64,000 nt of DNA from Chiloscyllium plagiosum (lineage: Eukaryota). The stretch spans positions 40,006,101-40,070,100 of the forward strand of contig NC_057718.1 of NCBI RefSeq assembly GCF_004010195.1. The letters run 5' to 3'. The notes beneath the pieces were generated by a model. The model did not search any database, was not told the DNA's origin, and saw only the letters and a program-made list of their open reading frames with translations. The stretch's first letter is position 1, and each line of letters opens with the position of its first letter. The position numbers and the translations under genes were made by a program. Of this stretch, positions 13,790 through 27,261 are shown piece after piece.

Positions 13790-15752
13790 TAAATCTCCAG
13801 GACCCGATCTAATGTATCCCAGAACGTTGTGGGAAGTAAGGGAGGAAATTGTGAGACCCCTTGCAGAAATATTTGCATCATCTATGACTATGGATGAGGT
13901 GCCTGGTGACTGGAGGCTGTCCAATGTTGTACCTTTGTTTAAGAAAGGTTGTAAAGAGAAACCAGCGAACTATAGACCTATGAGTCTGACTTCAGTTGCG
14001 GGTAAATTGTGAGGAGGTGATTATAAAAGATAGGATTTATGGACATTTAGAGAGACAAAAATTGACGAGGGATAGTCAGCATCATTTTGTGCAAGAAGAA
14101 TCATTTCTCACAAACTTGATTGAGTTTTTTGAGGAAGTTACCAAAAAGGTTGATGATGGCAGAATAGTAGATATTGTTTGTTTGGACTTTAGTAAAGCCT
14201 TTGACAAGGTTCAGTGTGGTAGACTAATTGGTAAGACTAGGTGACATGGGATTCAGGTTCAGCTTGCCAATTGAATACATAATTGGCTCAACGGCAGGAG
14301 TCAAAGTGATGGTGGAGGATTGTTTTTCAGACTGAAGACCTGTCACCGGTGGTGTTCCGCAAGGCTTGGTTCTAGGTCCTTTATCGTTTGTCATTTATAT
14401 AAATGATTTGGATGAGAATATAGATCACATGGTTCATATGTTTGTGGATGACACTGAAGGTGGTGGCATAGTAGACAATGAAGAAGGTTTTCTAAGACTA
14501 CAAAGGGATTTTGATCAAAATGGGTCAATGGACTGAAAAATCTGGATAAATGCACAGTATTGCATTTTAGTACAACAAACAAGGATAGGGTTTATACAAT
14601 TAATGGTATGGCCTTGGCTAGTGTTGTAAAACAAAGGGACAGAGGGGTGCAGGTACAGAATTCTTTGAAGTTTGCGTCACATGTAGACAAGGTGATTAAA
14701 AAGACATTTGGCACACTTGCCTTCATTGCTCAATCACAGAGTCATAGAATCATAGAGCTGTACAGCATAGAAACAGACCCTTCAGTAATCCATCCATGCC
14801 GACTAGATATCCCAACCCAATCTAGTCCCACCTGCCAGCACCCGGCCCATATCCCTCCAAACCTTTCCTATTCATATACCCATCCAAATGCCTCTTAAGT
14901 GTTGCAATTGTACCAGCTTCCACCACATCCTCTGGCAGCTCATTCCATACACGTACCACCCTCTGCATGAAAAGGTTGCCCCTTAGGTCTCTTTTATATC
15001 TTTCCCCTCTCACCCTAAACCTATGCCCTTTAGTTCTGGACTCCCCAACCCCAGGGAAAAGACTTTGCCTATTTACCCTATCCATGCCCCTCATGTAAAC
15101 CTCTATAAGGTCACCCTTCAGCCTCCGACGCTTCAGGGAAAACAGCCCCAGCTTGTTCAGGAGTTGGGAAGTTATGATGAGGTGCAACAGGACATTGGTG
15201 AGGCATCTCCTGGAATACTGTGTCCAGTTCTGGTCACCCAATTATAGGAAGGGTATTGTTACGCTGGAGAGGGTTCAGAAGAGTTTTGGATGTTGCCAGT
15301 TATGGAAGTTTTGAGTTATAAAGAAAGGCTGGATAGACTGGAACATTTTTCACTGGAGTGTAGGAGGTTGAAAGGCGACCTGATAGAAGTCTATAAAATA
15401 ATAAGACGTATAGATAGAGTTAATGGTAGTTTTTTTTTCCCTAGGATGGGTGATTTCAAGACTAGAAGGCACATTTTTAAGATGAGAAAAGAGAGATTTA
15501 AAAAAACATGAGGTGCAAATTTTTTTACGTAAAGGGTGGTTTGAGTGTGGAATGAACTTCCTGAGGTAGTGGTGGATATGGGTACAATTGCAACATTTAA
15601 AAGACTATTTGGATAAGTACATGAATAGAAAAGGTTTGGAGGGATGTGGGCTAGGAGCAGGTGGTTGAGACTAGTTTACTTTGGCATTATGTTTGGCATG
15701 GACAGGTTGTACTGAAGGGTCTGTTTCCATGCTGCATAACTCTATGACTCTA
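13790..15752 (+). mobile_element. CR1 LINE ORF2 (RT) and 3' end, degenerate
   Basis: KSPGPD, DWRLSNVVPLFKKG, NYRPMSLTS, LDFSKAFDKV; ctatgact tail. Confidence 0.92.
14733..15160 (-). mobile_element. Younger CR1 3' fragment nested antisense in the CR1 above
   Basis: Similar to 19128-19500 and 63438-63870. Confidence 0.88.
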
Positions 15753-16077
15753 TAAATGCATTGATAGCATGCAACCTTCTCCTTGTTACTTGGACAAGGT
15801 TTATATGATTATTGTGGTTTAGAACTATATCTTTTGACTTACAAGATTATGTTCGCTGGAGCTACATCATTAAAGGTAGGTTAAGTGAAATGAGCCATGT
15901 GTCCTATGCTGAGTCTGACAATAAACCTGCAATAATTAGATCAAAAATTGAGTCATATTATCTTATTGAAGGGAAAGTGTCAAATATTGACACCCGAGTA
16001 CAATGACAGCTGTTTGTCAATCCTCAGTAACAAAATCCTGAATCTCCTAAATCATAAAATGGTGTTATTAATTATCA

Positions 16078-16114
16078 ATTCCTGAAGAAGGGCTCATGCC
16101 CGAAACGTCGATTC
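16078..16114 (+). ncRNA. Minimal hammerhead ribozyme motif
   Basis: CUGAAGA-A-GGGC-UCAU-GCCC-GAAAC-GUC; core intact, stem I partial because the insertion starts here. Confidence 0.65.
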
Positions 16115-16208
16115 TCCTGATCCTTGGATGCTGCCTGACCTGCTGCGCTTTTCCAGCAACACATTTTCAGCTCTGATCTCCAGCATCTGCAGTCCTCACT
16201 TTCTCCTT
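16079..16208 (+). mobile_element. 130-bp PLE-terminal insertion with hammerhead
   Basis: Perfect 11-bp TSD ttaattatcaa (16068-16078 / 16209-16219). Confidence 0.85.
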
Positions 16209-18177
16209 TTAATTATCAAGTCATAAATAGTGATGCTGGAATCCATTCCCTTTTTAAAGTTAAAAATTAGTATTATTAGAGACAGGTGATCAATATTCCT
16301 ATTTGGAATCTGGGCTGGTGTATTTCCCATTGTCATCAAGAGGAGTAGTGGAAGCCATTTTGGGAGATGATTAGACTTTGCCATAAACCCAGAGGCATCA
16401 TTGGCAGAAGGGAAGGTCTTGGATGATTTGCAGCCAACAAGTTGCTGGGGATGAAATTTGATCGATGTCAGCCAAATCTGCGCCTTAAGTAGAGAAAATA
16501 CTGACTCTATGATTCACCACATAGAATTCCTGTGGGCCTTGTGCCCAATTTGAAAATCTTGTTTTGAGGAGGTGTCTTAACAAGGCTGGACAGTTCATCG
16601 AGCTGAAGCTTGAGAGAGAATCTCCAGGGATATCTTTCAGAGTGGGAATGTAACATTAGGGAAAAAAAATAATATTAAATTCTTGGGAAGAGTGAAGCAC
16701 TTCAGATTTGTGAAGTGAATATCTACTTAAGAGACTGAGGAATGTAACAGTATTGTGGTTTTTGGTTTTCAGCAAAGGTAGAAAGGGACAAACATTTCCC
16801 AGTTGTTTAAGGTACATGTTATCTATTTAAAGTAAATGGTGTACAATGAACACTGTGTTGTCCTTCAGTTATTGATACGTTAAATGTTATTTCAAAAAAT
16901 TGAAATTTTGATATGTCATCTTTTCAGCTAATAGTTGGAAGTTCAGATATCTCTTGAAACTGTTTTTGGTCTCAACTGAGATTATGACACCGTCTCCATC
17001 AACTCCTTGTAACTATTCTTTGACTCTATGCTGCCAGACTGTTTTTCTGACATCCTGTCTCAATGAACCATAATTTTCTCCAGCTAAATATTGAGAGGGC
17101 CAAAGTCATTGTCCTAAAACAAGCATTTGGCCTCTCGTCAACCTATGCTTGCTATTTCCGCACAATGTTATGAACAAGATTGGCAGCTCCCCAGTCTGTG
17201 CGAGATTACAGTTCAAATCAAATGTTTTACCATCCAAGCAAAAAACAGCAAACATTCTGCCTGCCCAAACAAATTCAATTATAATTAGTGGAACTATCCT
17301 GTTCAGATTGCAAATCCTCCTGTGCGGTTTCACTGTCGTGTGCATACCCTCTGCCTTGGCATCAACATAGAGGAAAAAAAGAATGTGAAATGCTTATGGG
17401 GTGTGAAAAAGTAAATGAATTTTTGGCAACATGGTTGACTTGAGGGATTAGCCAAGTGCTTCATATTTTAGAACAAAGGAATAGGTTTTATTGGCAAGTC
17501 TTCAAATGGTTAAATGGTTCATTGGGTCAGCAAAGACAATGGTTGCCAATGTTCTTTTTTGGGGGAAAAAAAGCCTCACGTGTTTTAATCTCCCTTGGTG
17601 CTCTGATTTTGTCATTTTAAGGTAGCATGTGAGCCAGGCAGACTAGAGTGTTTTTAGATTCAGAGTTGATACATTTTTTCTGGTCACAGTTCAAACAGGC
17701 ATCTGGTAAGATGTACAATTAACAGATGGAAGACACAAAGAAACCAGACAAATTATAGGAAAGCACAGCAGCAGCAATCTTGGCTACTGGCTTGCTCTAA
17801 TTTCTCTCTCTGCATTCAGGGACTTCATTTAAAAAGGGGTTTAATTTTACATTATGATTGAAGTAAAGTCATTCTGGAAAAATCATTGCGTTGAATCTTC
17901 AGATGTTTAGATGAACCTTCTAGCTGTCTAAAACAGCATTAACCTCAGCGTGAGTTAAGTCAAGGAATAATGCAAAAGTGTAAAATTTTTGATTTTAAAA
18001 TTATTGGGAGCGTCCACAGGTTCAAACGGCATGGAAGTACATTGAGAGATGAATTGGACCTGTGCTCCTGTTTTTCCAAAGCAATTCATGTAATGAAAAA
18101 AGGCTGTAATATTAAGGTATATAATCAAAGGTTGTGTTTGCTGCCTCCACAGCTATAGAGAGGTACCCTCACCACCC

Positions 18178-18429
18178 TTCCCGCCTCCGGCGACTGACTG
18201 TGTGGAGTTTGCACGTTCTCCCCGTGTCTGCGTGGGTTTCCTCCGGGTGCTCCGGTTTCCTCCCACAGTCCAAAGATGTGCAGGTCAGGTGAATTGGCCA
18301 TGCTAAATTGCCTGTAGTGTTAGGTAAGGGGTAAATGTAGGGGTATGGGTGGGTTGCGCTTCGGCGGGGTGGTGTGGACTTGTTGGGCCGAAGGGCCTGT
18401 TTCCACACTGTAAGTAATCTAATCTAATC
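18178..18429 (+). mobile_element. HE1-type SINE, 5'-truncated, young
   Basis: Near-identical to 11880-12129; CpGs retained. Confidence 0.92.
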
Positions 18430-18975
18430 GAAATCTAAACCCATGCAGTATCTAAGGCATGACTGCAAGTGACACTACAGGTAGCTGTCTGTAGTTGAAC
18501 ATTTTTCTAACAAGTTAACCCAAGTTTAGTAAAGAGTGTCCCTTCCCATATCAGACTCACCACATTGATAAGTTCAAAAGATTGCCTCAATGATTTCTTT
18601 CGAAATCTTGCTTTTATAAAGTGTGTGCAAGACCATGGAGCTCTCAGAGGGAGCCCTCCCTCCATCGCTGCCTTCTCACTGCCCCACTTCCTGAGTGAGG
18701 GGGAGTGTTAAGCCAGCCAGCAAGGTGAGCAAAGAACAGTGGTGGTGAGGATGGAGAGAATGGGAACAACAGGAAGAACAGCAGCAACAATGAATGAAGT
18801 ATCTGATCCATGTTCGTTATGAGACAGGTCATCATGAGAACAAGGACTGCAGAATCCAAGATGGCCCACCATCATATCCTCAACACACCCTACAAGGGAA
18901 TAAACACAACCTTGTCAGTTTTTTGAAAAATAAAAGAAAGGTGAGAAGGAAATTTAGTAATATTATATGAGATTG

Positions 18976-21390
18976 AGGAGGCGATGGCCTGGTGTTATTA
19001 TCGCAAGATGATTAATCCAAAAACTCTGCAAATGCAGATTTGAATTCCACCAGAATTGACAGGGGCATTTGAATTCAAGAAAAAACATCTGGACTTAAGA
19101 AACTATTGATGACCATGAAACCATTGTCATAGAGTCATAGAGATGTACAGCACGGAAACAGACCCTTCGGCCCAACCCGTCCATGCTGACCAGATATCCC
19201 AACCCAATCTAGTCCCACCTGCCAGCACCCATCCCATATCCCTCCAAACCCTTCCTATTCATATACCCATCCAAATGCCTTTTTAATGTTGCAATTGTAT
19301 CAGCCTCACCACTTCCTCTGGCAGCTCATTCCATACACGTACCACCCTCTGCGTGAAAAGTTGCCCCTTAGGTCTCTTTTATATTTTTCCCCTCTCACAC
19401 TAAACCTATGCCCTCTAGTTCTGGACACCCTGACCCCAGGGAACAGACTTTGTCTATTTACCCTATCCATGCTCCTCATACTTTTGTAAACCTCTATAAG
19501 GTTTGGGTAGGTTGTGCTTCGGCGGGTTGGTGTGGACTTGTTGGGCCGAAGGGCCTGTTTCCACACAGTAAGTATTCTAATCTAAGGTCACCTCTCAGCC
19601 TCTGACGCTCCAGGCAAAAAAGCCCCAGCCTGTTCAGCCTCTCCCTATAGCTCAAATCCTCCAACCTGGCAACATCCTTGTAAATCTTTTCTGAACCCTT
19701 TCAAGTTTCACAGCATCTTTCCAATAGGAGGGAGACCAGAATTGCACACAATATTCCAACAGTGGCCTAACCAATGTCCTGTACAGCTGCAATATGACCT
19801 CCCGACTCCTGCACTCAATACTCTGACCAATACAGGAAAGCATACCAAATGCCTTCTTCACTATCCTATCTACCTGCGACTCCACTTTCAGGGAGCTGCA
19901 CTCCAAGGTCTCTTTGCTCAGCAACACTCCCTCGGACCTTACCATTAAGTGTATAAGTCCTGCTAAGATTTGCTTTCCGAAAATGCAGCACTTTGCATTT
20001 ATCTGAATTAAGCTCCATCTGCCACTTCTCAGCCCATTGGCCCATCTGGTCAAGATCCTGTTGTAATCTGAGGTAACCTTCTTCGTTGTCCACTACACCT
20101 CCAATTTTGGTGTCATTCGATTGTTCGAAAAACTCATCTGGTTCATTTATGTCCTTCAGGGAAAGAATTCTGCCAACTTTACTTGGCCTGGCCTACATGT
20201 GACCCACAGCAATGTGATTGACTCTCAACTGCCCTCTGAAATGACCTAGCATGCTACTCAGTTTGTACTAATTGCTACAAAGTCTCAATAAAAAAGTGAA
20301 ACTGAAAAGACCACCTGGCATCAACCGAAGCACCGGAAAAGAAAAAGACAGATACAACCATGCAAAGTCCTCCTCACTACCATTTGGGGTCCAGTGCCAA
20401 AATTGAGAGGGTGGTCTCACAGACAAGTCAAGCAACAGCCAAACATAGCCATACCCATGGACTCATACCTTAGAGGCAATGTTCCAAACACCATCATCAC
20501 CATCCCTAGGTGTGTTCTGTCCCACTGGCAGACAGACCCAGCAGAGGTAGCAGCACAATGGGATACGGTCATGAGGAAGTAGCCCAGGGAGTCCTCAACA
20601 TTGACTACGGACTGCATAAAGTCTCATGGCTTTAGGTTAAACATGGGCAAGGAAACCTCCTGCTGATTACCTCCCTCAGCTGGTGAATCAGTACTCCTCC
20701 ATGTTGAACACCACTTGGAAGAAGCACTGAGGATGGCAAGGAAACAAATTGTTCACTGGGTGGGGAATTTCAATATGTGCCATCAAGAGTGGCTCAGCAG
20801 TAGCAATTCTGATTGAGCTGGTGGGGTCCTAAAGGACATAGCTGCTAGACTGGGATTGCGGCAGATGGTGAGGGAACCACTAAGCAGGGAGAATCATTGT
20901 ATTACATGTTCAGACTATGAACAGATCTAGCAACTCAAGACTGGGCATCCATGATGCGCCATGGGCTATCAACAGCAGCAGAATTGTACTCCGGCACAAT
21001 CTGTAACCTCGTGGCCTGGTACATCCTCACTCTACCATTACCATCTAACCAATGGATCAGCCCTGGTTAATAGAGAGTGTAAGATAGTGTGTTCCAAACT
21101 CACAACCACTTCTATCTCGAAGGACAACAGCAACAGATACATGGGAACACCACCGCCTGTACATTCCCCTCCAAGCCACTCACCATCCTAACTTGGAAAT
21201 GTATCACTGTTCCTTCACGTTGCTGGGTCAAAATTCTGAAACTCTCTCCCTAACCGCATTGTGGGTCAACCTACAGCATGTTCAAGAAAGCAGCTCACTG
21301 CCACTTTCTCTAGGGCAACTAGGGATGGGCAATAAATACTGACCAGCCAGTGACACCCAAGACACACGATGCACGAATGAATGAAAAAAC
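18976..21390 (+). mobile_element. Internally deleted CR1-clade element with tRNA-like 5' head, split by a CR1 insertion
   Basis: Head gaggcgatggcctggtg; endonuclease relic (HVEHHLEEALRMARKQIVHWVGNFN); 3' end like that of 3361-4102. Confidence 0.6.
19128..20115 (-). mobile_element. CR1 LINE 3' fragment containing a short HE1 piece (about 19502-19581, TSD taaggt)
   Basis: ORF 19652-20053 LYRTLVRPLLEYCVQFWSP; tail at 19128. Confidence 0.92.
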
Positions 21391-22811
21391 AATGACAGCA
21401 GGACAGAGCAAATGGGTCCAACAATGTAAAAAGCAAATGGAAAGAAGTCAGAAAATTCTTCTTCACACCAAGTCTGACCAACACACCAGGTTGAGTCAAG
21501 GAGGTAAAAACATTTCTTAAAGAATGAGGTACAGCAATGGGAGATAATAGGAGAATTTTTTTTTTCTGAAGAGATGAGTTAGGATGACATTCCTCACCAA
21601 GAGAGATCTTGTTAATGTTAGGAGTATTTGAATTTGACAAACAGTCAGAATTCATGGAAACCCTGTCCAAAATCTTTAGATGAATCATAAAATGTCAAAT
21701 GCTTCTTGAAGATGTGCAGCTACAACAGTGAGATTACTGAGTGTGAATACTTTAGTGGACTTTCCATTCCCCTATGTTGTATTATTCTCATTTAGCACTT
21801 GAACCAATAAGTTATAATATTTCCATTGAGCAATGTGTATGTTAAAGGAACCAAGACACAGTATTACCAGGCTCAAAATGAGTGATATATTTCAGGAAAC
21901 TACTATCTTTACATAAAAACAACTCGAATTAACCACGAATAAAGTGAATCATTCAACATGATCCAATGTTTGGGCTGAGGTTTTGCTGCACCATAATGTT
22001 CCATTGTAATTGCACAAGGAGAAAGGAAAGTGTTCTTATTGAAACATGTCAGGTTCTGAGGGTCTTGGCTGGGAGAATGATTCTTATCATGGAGGAACAT
22101 AAAATCAATGGGCACAATTTAAAAAATAATTCATTCAAGACTGGGATCAGGAGAAATTTGTTCTCTCTAATAATGAATACTCAGTGGAACTCTCTTCCTC
22201 AGCAAGCAGTGAAGGCTGGGCCGTTGAATATATTAGGGGTAAGTTAGGAGGAATTTTGATCGAGTCTGGAGTCAAGGGTCTTGGGAGAGGCAGGAAAATG
22301 GAGATTTGCCACCATCTATTCAATGGCAGAGCAGGCTCAATGATCTGGATAAATTACTCCTGCTGTAATTTCTTTTGATCTTATAATCTTCCACTTGCTC
22401 CACACGGTGTGATTTTACAGTTTTGACAGAACATTTTCCTGTTTAAACCTATGGTCTCCTGGCTGTTTCATATCATTTGCTTCCTTATATACTTCAACAG
22501 ATTGTGTCTCAGATGTTTCTTTTTCATTCTGAGAAAGCCATGGATCTATGTAGGGACAGGAGTAGACCATGCATCTCTTCATATCTGATCTTTCATCTCG
22601 TGGAATCAAAGAATGGTCAGGATATATAATTCTGACTATTGCAATCTTACATTAATATTGCCAGAGGCTGTGAAATACTGGTTTCTGATCCGATGCAAAC
22701 TGTGAAATCATTGGCCCTGACCAGGATTCTTGCTTCACAATTCCACAGGTAGAAATGAGAAATGATCAAAAACTTGAAATAAATCTTCTGCAATTTCCTG
22801 CACCAGTTACA

Positions 22812-22830
22812 TAGTGCCACCTACTGGGCT
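22812..22830 (-). promoter_or_regulatory. Candidate CTCF-binding site
   Basis: Minus strand AGCCCAGTAGGTGGCACTA closely matches the CTCF core CCASYAGRKGGCRS; motif only. Confidence 0.5.
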
Positions 22831-23129
22831 TTCAGCATTAAATTCAGTTTCATTCGCTGTTGTCGAAGAAAGACTTTTGCTTCATCAAAGCTCATACATC
22901 CAGAGCAAGTACACTTGACACATTGCAGCATTTAGTTGTTTTTTAAATGATTCAAAGTTTTCATATCACTTTGCCAGAAGTCCAACCTACATATCAATCA
23001 TTTTGTGCGTGAGCAATTTCAATCTTAAAAGTACCCTTTCTTGTTTAAATGTATGGCCTTGTGCCCATTTCCCACATGCTTAAAGTCATAGGAACAGGAG
23101 TAGGCGATTCAGCCAGTCAAGTATGACAA

Positions 23130-23748
23130 TATTATGAATTTAAGAGGGGTCTTTTGTCCTTTTTTCTGAAGAGAGATTTTGAGGCATAAATGATAAACTG
23201 TCTTGTCCAAGCCAAAAAAAAAGCTTTTAAGGCCTTGATATTTTTTTGAAAGTTGGAACAATGGAAGCAGCATGAATGAGTGGAGTCAGGCTCCCACAAA
23301 AACAGGGCTTTCATTTAGTTTTCAGCAGTTGCTGGGGTTTTAGAGCTGGCTGTGGAATCTGTCTCTCTCTTTCTCTTTCTCTCTCTCTCTGTTACAGCTA
23401 AACACTTGGTTCTCTTCCCTCTGCCAGAATCACATGTGAGACAATCGGTTTGACTGACTTTGCCTTTGCACAGTTATATTTATGGGATGTTAGAATAGTT
23501 GCTGTTTAGTAGCTAAATTGTCTATTATTCTTTAAGTTTCTCAGTAGAGTTAAGTTATTCTAATTTTTCTTTTGTTTGTATTTCAACTGGGGTTTAGAAT
23601 GAAGTGTTTTTTGCTTAAAGCCGAGTAGTGGGACATATCAAATTACATCTGGAACACTGTACCTTACATGTGCCTTTAAATAAAATAAAAGTTAAGATCT
23701 AGTCATGCTCCTTAAATGTTTGCAGGGGGTTTGATCTGGGTCATAACA
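23130..23748 (+). mobile_element. Solo LTR-like sequence
   Basis: tattatga...tcataaca imperfect inverted termini, (ct)n tract, AATAAA near the 3' end; TSD unclear. Confidence 0.45.
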
Positions 23749-25379
23749 CAAGTTTGATCTGTTATCTCACAGAATCACAGAATTGTTACAGTGCATAAGG
23801 ACATTCTGCCCATCATCTCTGTACCAGTTCTCCAAAAGAACAGCTCCCCTGGCCTTTACCCGAAACCTCGCATATTGTTCCTTTGCAGGGAATGAGGAAT
23901 GATGTACCCTTCCAACCATCTGTGCTCTTTTTGCCCTATTGTAGGCCATCTTTTCCTGGAATGAGTAAACTGCAAGTGGGTGGCAGAGCTGTTCAGGCTA
24001 GTGCATGTGGAGGAAAGGTGGTGAGATGATGGCATGGAGTAAATAGGCAGTGTGCACAACGTGCAGGATTAGTAGTGTGCATGGTTGCAGGAGGGGAAGA
24101 GTGTGGCATCAGAGTAGGTGAGAAAAGGTGTTCTGGGTAACAGTGAGAGTGAAAGACTATGAGGCTTGGTGAAGGTGGTTGCAGGAACATAGGTATAGTT
24201 ATTGTGAGGGGACAGAAATATCATCATCTAATTATCAATGATCTAACTTCACAAACCGACTGCACAATAGCACAGGTAAACTTTGTCCTTCTTCTTGCAG
24301 CTGATTAAGACCCAGCCTTGTAGGTTGCTGTAGTGGGCACAGATTGAAGTCAAATGCAGAAACACAATGTCCAGGGCAATAGTAGCTATGTAAATGAGTA
24401 GGAGCCAAATCCCCCAGGATTGCGCACTTTGTTGAGGGAACTGTCACAATCCTGAAATTCTGGAGCACTGACAGGGAGCTGGTGTTTATAATACCAGAGA
24501 AAGGACTGGCTGCTGGGAGGCAAAAAGCTGTCCCCCACCCCAGCCCAATGCCCTGGATAATGACACTTGCCAGGAATCCTCAGAATGATGCTAAGGATAG
24601 CTATAACATGTTCAACAGATATTTGGACTGCTCAAAATGTTGTTCAGAAAGCAAGACTGCTCAGGCACTTTTCAGAGAAAGCGAACTAGACAGAGGAAAG
24701 GCTGGACAGGTGAAGCCTCTATGGTCTGGAGTTTAGAAGAGTCAGTGGTCACTTAACTGAAACATAAAAATACCTGAGGTGACTTTGCCAGGTGGATGTT
24801 GAAACTATGTTTCCTCTTGTGGGAGAATCTAGAACTAGGGTCATAGTTTAAAAATAAGGGGCACCCATTTAAAACAGAGAGGTGGCAACTTTCTTTTCTC
24901 TGAGAGGGTTGTAAGTCTTTAGAATTCCTTTTCTCCAAAAACAGTGGATGCAGAATCTTGAAATATTTTTAAAGCAAATTCTTGAGTACAAAGTGCAAAT
25001 ATAGGAATATAGATTAAAGGTTAAAATCGAATCAGGCACGAGCTTATTGAATAGCGGGTCAGGCTCAAAAGGCCAAATGGCCTATTCCGGTTCCTTGTTT
25101 GTATGTCCCTTATGTAACAATTGGATGGCAATAAATGTTGGCCTAGCCAGCAACATCCACATCCCATGGACGAATAAAAACCAAACAAGGAATCATTCGC
25201 AACATGGATTACACCTTAGCACCTGCTAAAATGTAGAAGCAACATGACCAGAGGAATGTGTTAAATGCACTATAGAACACATGCCTTGCACTAAATGGGA
25301 AATGCCAATTCTCTAGAATGACAATTACATTTCTAGGATACATTATTCAATAACAGGACATCATAGTGGATCCAAGGAC

Positions 25380-25836
25380 GATGTGGCCAGGGTTGGAGGG
25401 TTTGAGCTATAGGGAGAGGCTAAGTAGAGTGGGACTGCTTTCCCTGGAGCATCAGACACTGTGTGGTGACCTTGTAGAGGTTTAGAAAATCGTGAGGGTC
25501 ATGGATAGGGTAAATAAACAAGGTCTTTTCCCTGGGGTGAGGGAGTCCAGAACTAGAGGGCTTAAGTTTAGGATGAGAGGGGAAAGATTTAAAAGGGACT
25601 TAAGGGGCAATCTTTTCACACGGAGGATGATGTGTGTATGGAATGAGCTGCCAAAGGAAGTGATGAGGTTGGTACAATTACAGCATTTAAAAAGCATCTG
25701 GATGTGTATATGAATAGGAAGGGTTTAGAGGGAAATGGGCCAAGTGCTGGCAAATGGATCTAGATTAATTTACGATATCTGGTTGGCATGGACAAGTCCG
25801 TTTCTGTGTTGTACATCTCTATACCTCAATGACTCT
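25380..25836 (+). mobile_element. CR1 3' fragment
   Basis: ORF 25492-25713 (ESRTRG, WNELP). Confidence 0.88.
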
Positions 25837-25859
25837 AAGACTGTCATTGAATTTCTGGC

Positions 25860-27250
25860 ACTGAACAATGTAAATTATCTGCAGTATTTCTTAGGCATGG
25901 TGAATCAATTGAGAAAGATTTTCCCCAGCTTAGCCAGACTTACTTAACTCATAAGAGGGCTTTTGAAGAAAAGCCTGCATTGGTACTGGAGTCAGGAATG
26001 GACTATGGCTTTGAAAGGATAAAAGAGAAGTTACCTTTTACTAATGTTTTTGCATATTACATTCCAGGCTTATTCATTATAGCAGCCATGAATGCATTGT
26101 CCACAGGATTATGAGGCAGTATTTCTTCAAGTGCAAACTGACAGAATGCCAACAACTGATCTATTCTATATTGAGAGCTTTTAGATCTATACAATGAGAG
26201 ACAAGAAAGCATTAGCAGTTACATGGGGATCTAAAAAGTCGAATAGGATCACAAGCCTTGAGTAACATTATTGGGATGAAATGAAATTTCAAAAATGCCT
26301 CTGTGCAAACAAAGAAAAAAATTTGGACTGTCATGGAAGATTTATTGTTGTATTGTTATACCAGACTCAATGAACAGAGAAATCCTACACAAACTCCACA
26401 GGGGACAGCTACTATCATGAAATGCAGAGCAAGAGCTCATCAATCAGTGTGTTGGCCAGGCATTTTGAAAGACATACCGAATTGCATTTTGATGTGTCAA
26501 ACATGTGCTGTACACAGTCAATTGCCTACGGAGCCAATGATTCAATTAGGATCTATGGATAGGTCATGCGAAAGGCTAACAACAGATTTGTTTACTTTTA
26601 GAGAAATGATGTACTTAATCCTCATTGATTCTTATTCAAGATAGATTGAAGGTGGCAATACTTTATTCAACCACAGCAGACTCACTCATCAGAGCACTGA
26701 GAAGAATCTTTAAGATATACAATTTTCTGAAAGAATGGGTGGCACAGAGGCTCAGTGGTTGGCACTGCTGCCTCACAGCACCAGCGACCCACGTTCAATT
26801 CCAGCCTCGGGTGACTGTAAACGTGGAGTTTGCACATTCTCCCTGTGTCCACATGGGTTTCCTCCAGGTGTTCCAGTTTCCTCCCACAGTCCAAAGACAT
26901 GCAGATTAGGTGAATTGGCCATGCTAAATTGTCCATAGTGTTCAGGGACGTGTAAGTTAGGTGCATTAGTCAGGGGAAATGTAGAGTAATAGGGCAGGGG
27001 AATGGGTCTGGATGGGATATTCCTCAGAGAATCGATGAGGACTTGGGCCAAATAGCCTGTTTCCACACTGTAGGGGTTCTATGGATTACTGTTGGACAGT
27101 GGATCCCAATTTGTGAGTGGGAATTTCAATATATTCACTTCAGAGGTATGCATCAACCAAGTGACACATTTTCCACTCCATCAGTCAACAAAGAGCCAGA
27201 AAAAGCAGTCAAGACTGTGAAATTACTGATGAATAAAAATTCAGACTGAG
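25860..27250 (+). mobile_element. Gypsy pol relic (RT connection to integrase), interrupted by a SINE
   Basis: FLGMVNQL; KCRARAHQSVCWPG..CQTC; DLFTF..YLILIDSYSR. Confidence 0.8.
26737..27085 (+). mobile_element. HE1-type SINE variant
   Basis: Head, core and CR1-like 3' end with an attcta-type tail. Confidence 0.88.
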
Positions 27251-27261
27251 AATAAACTCAA

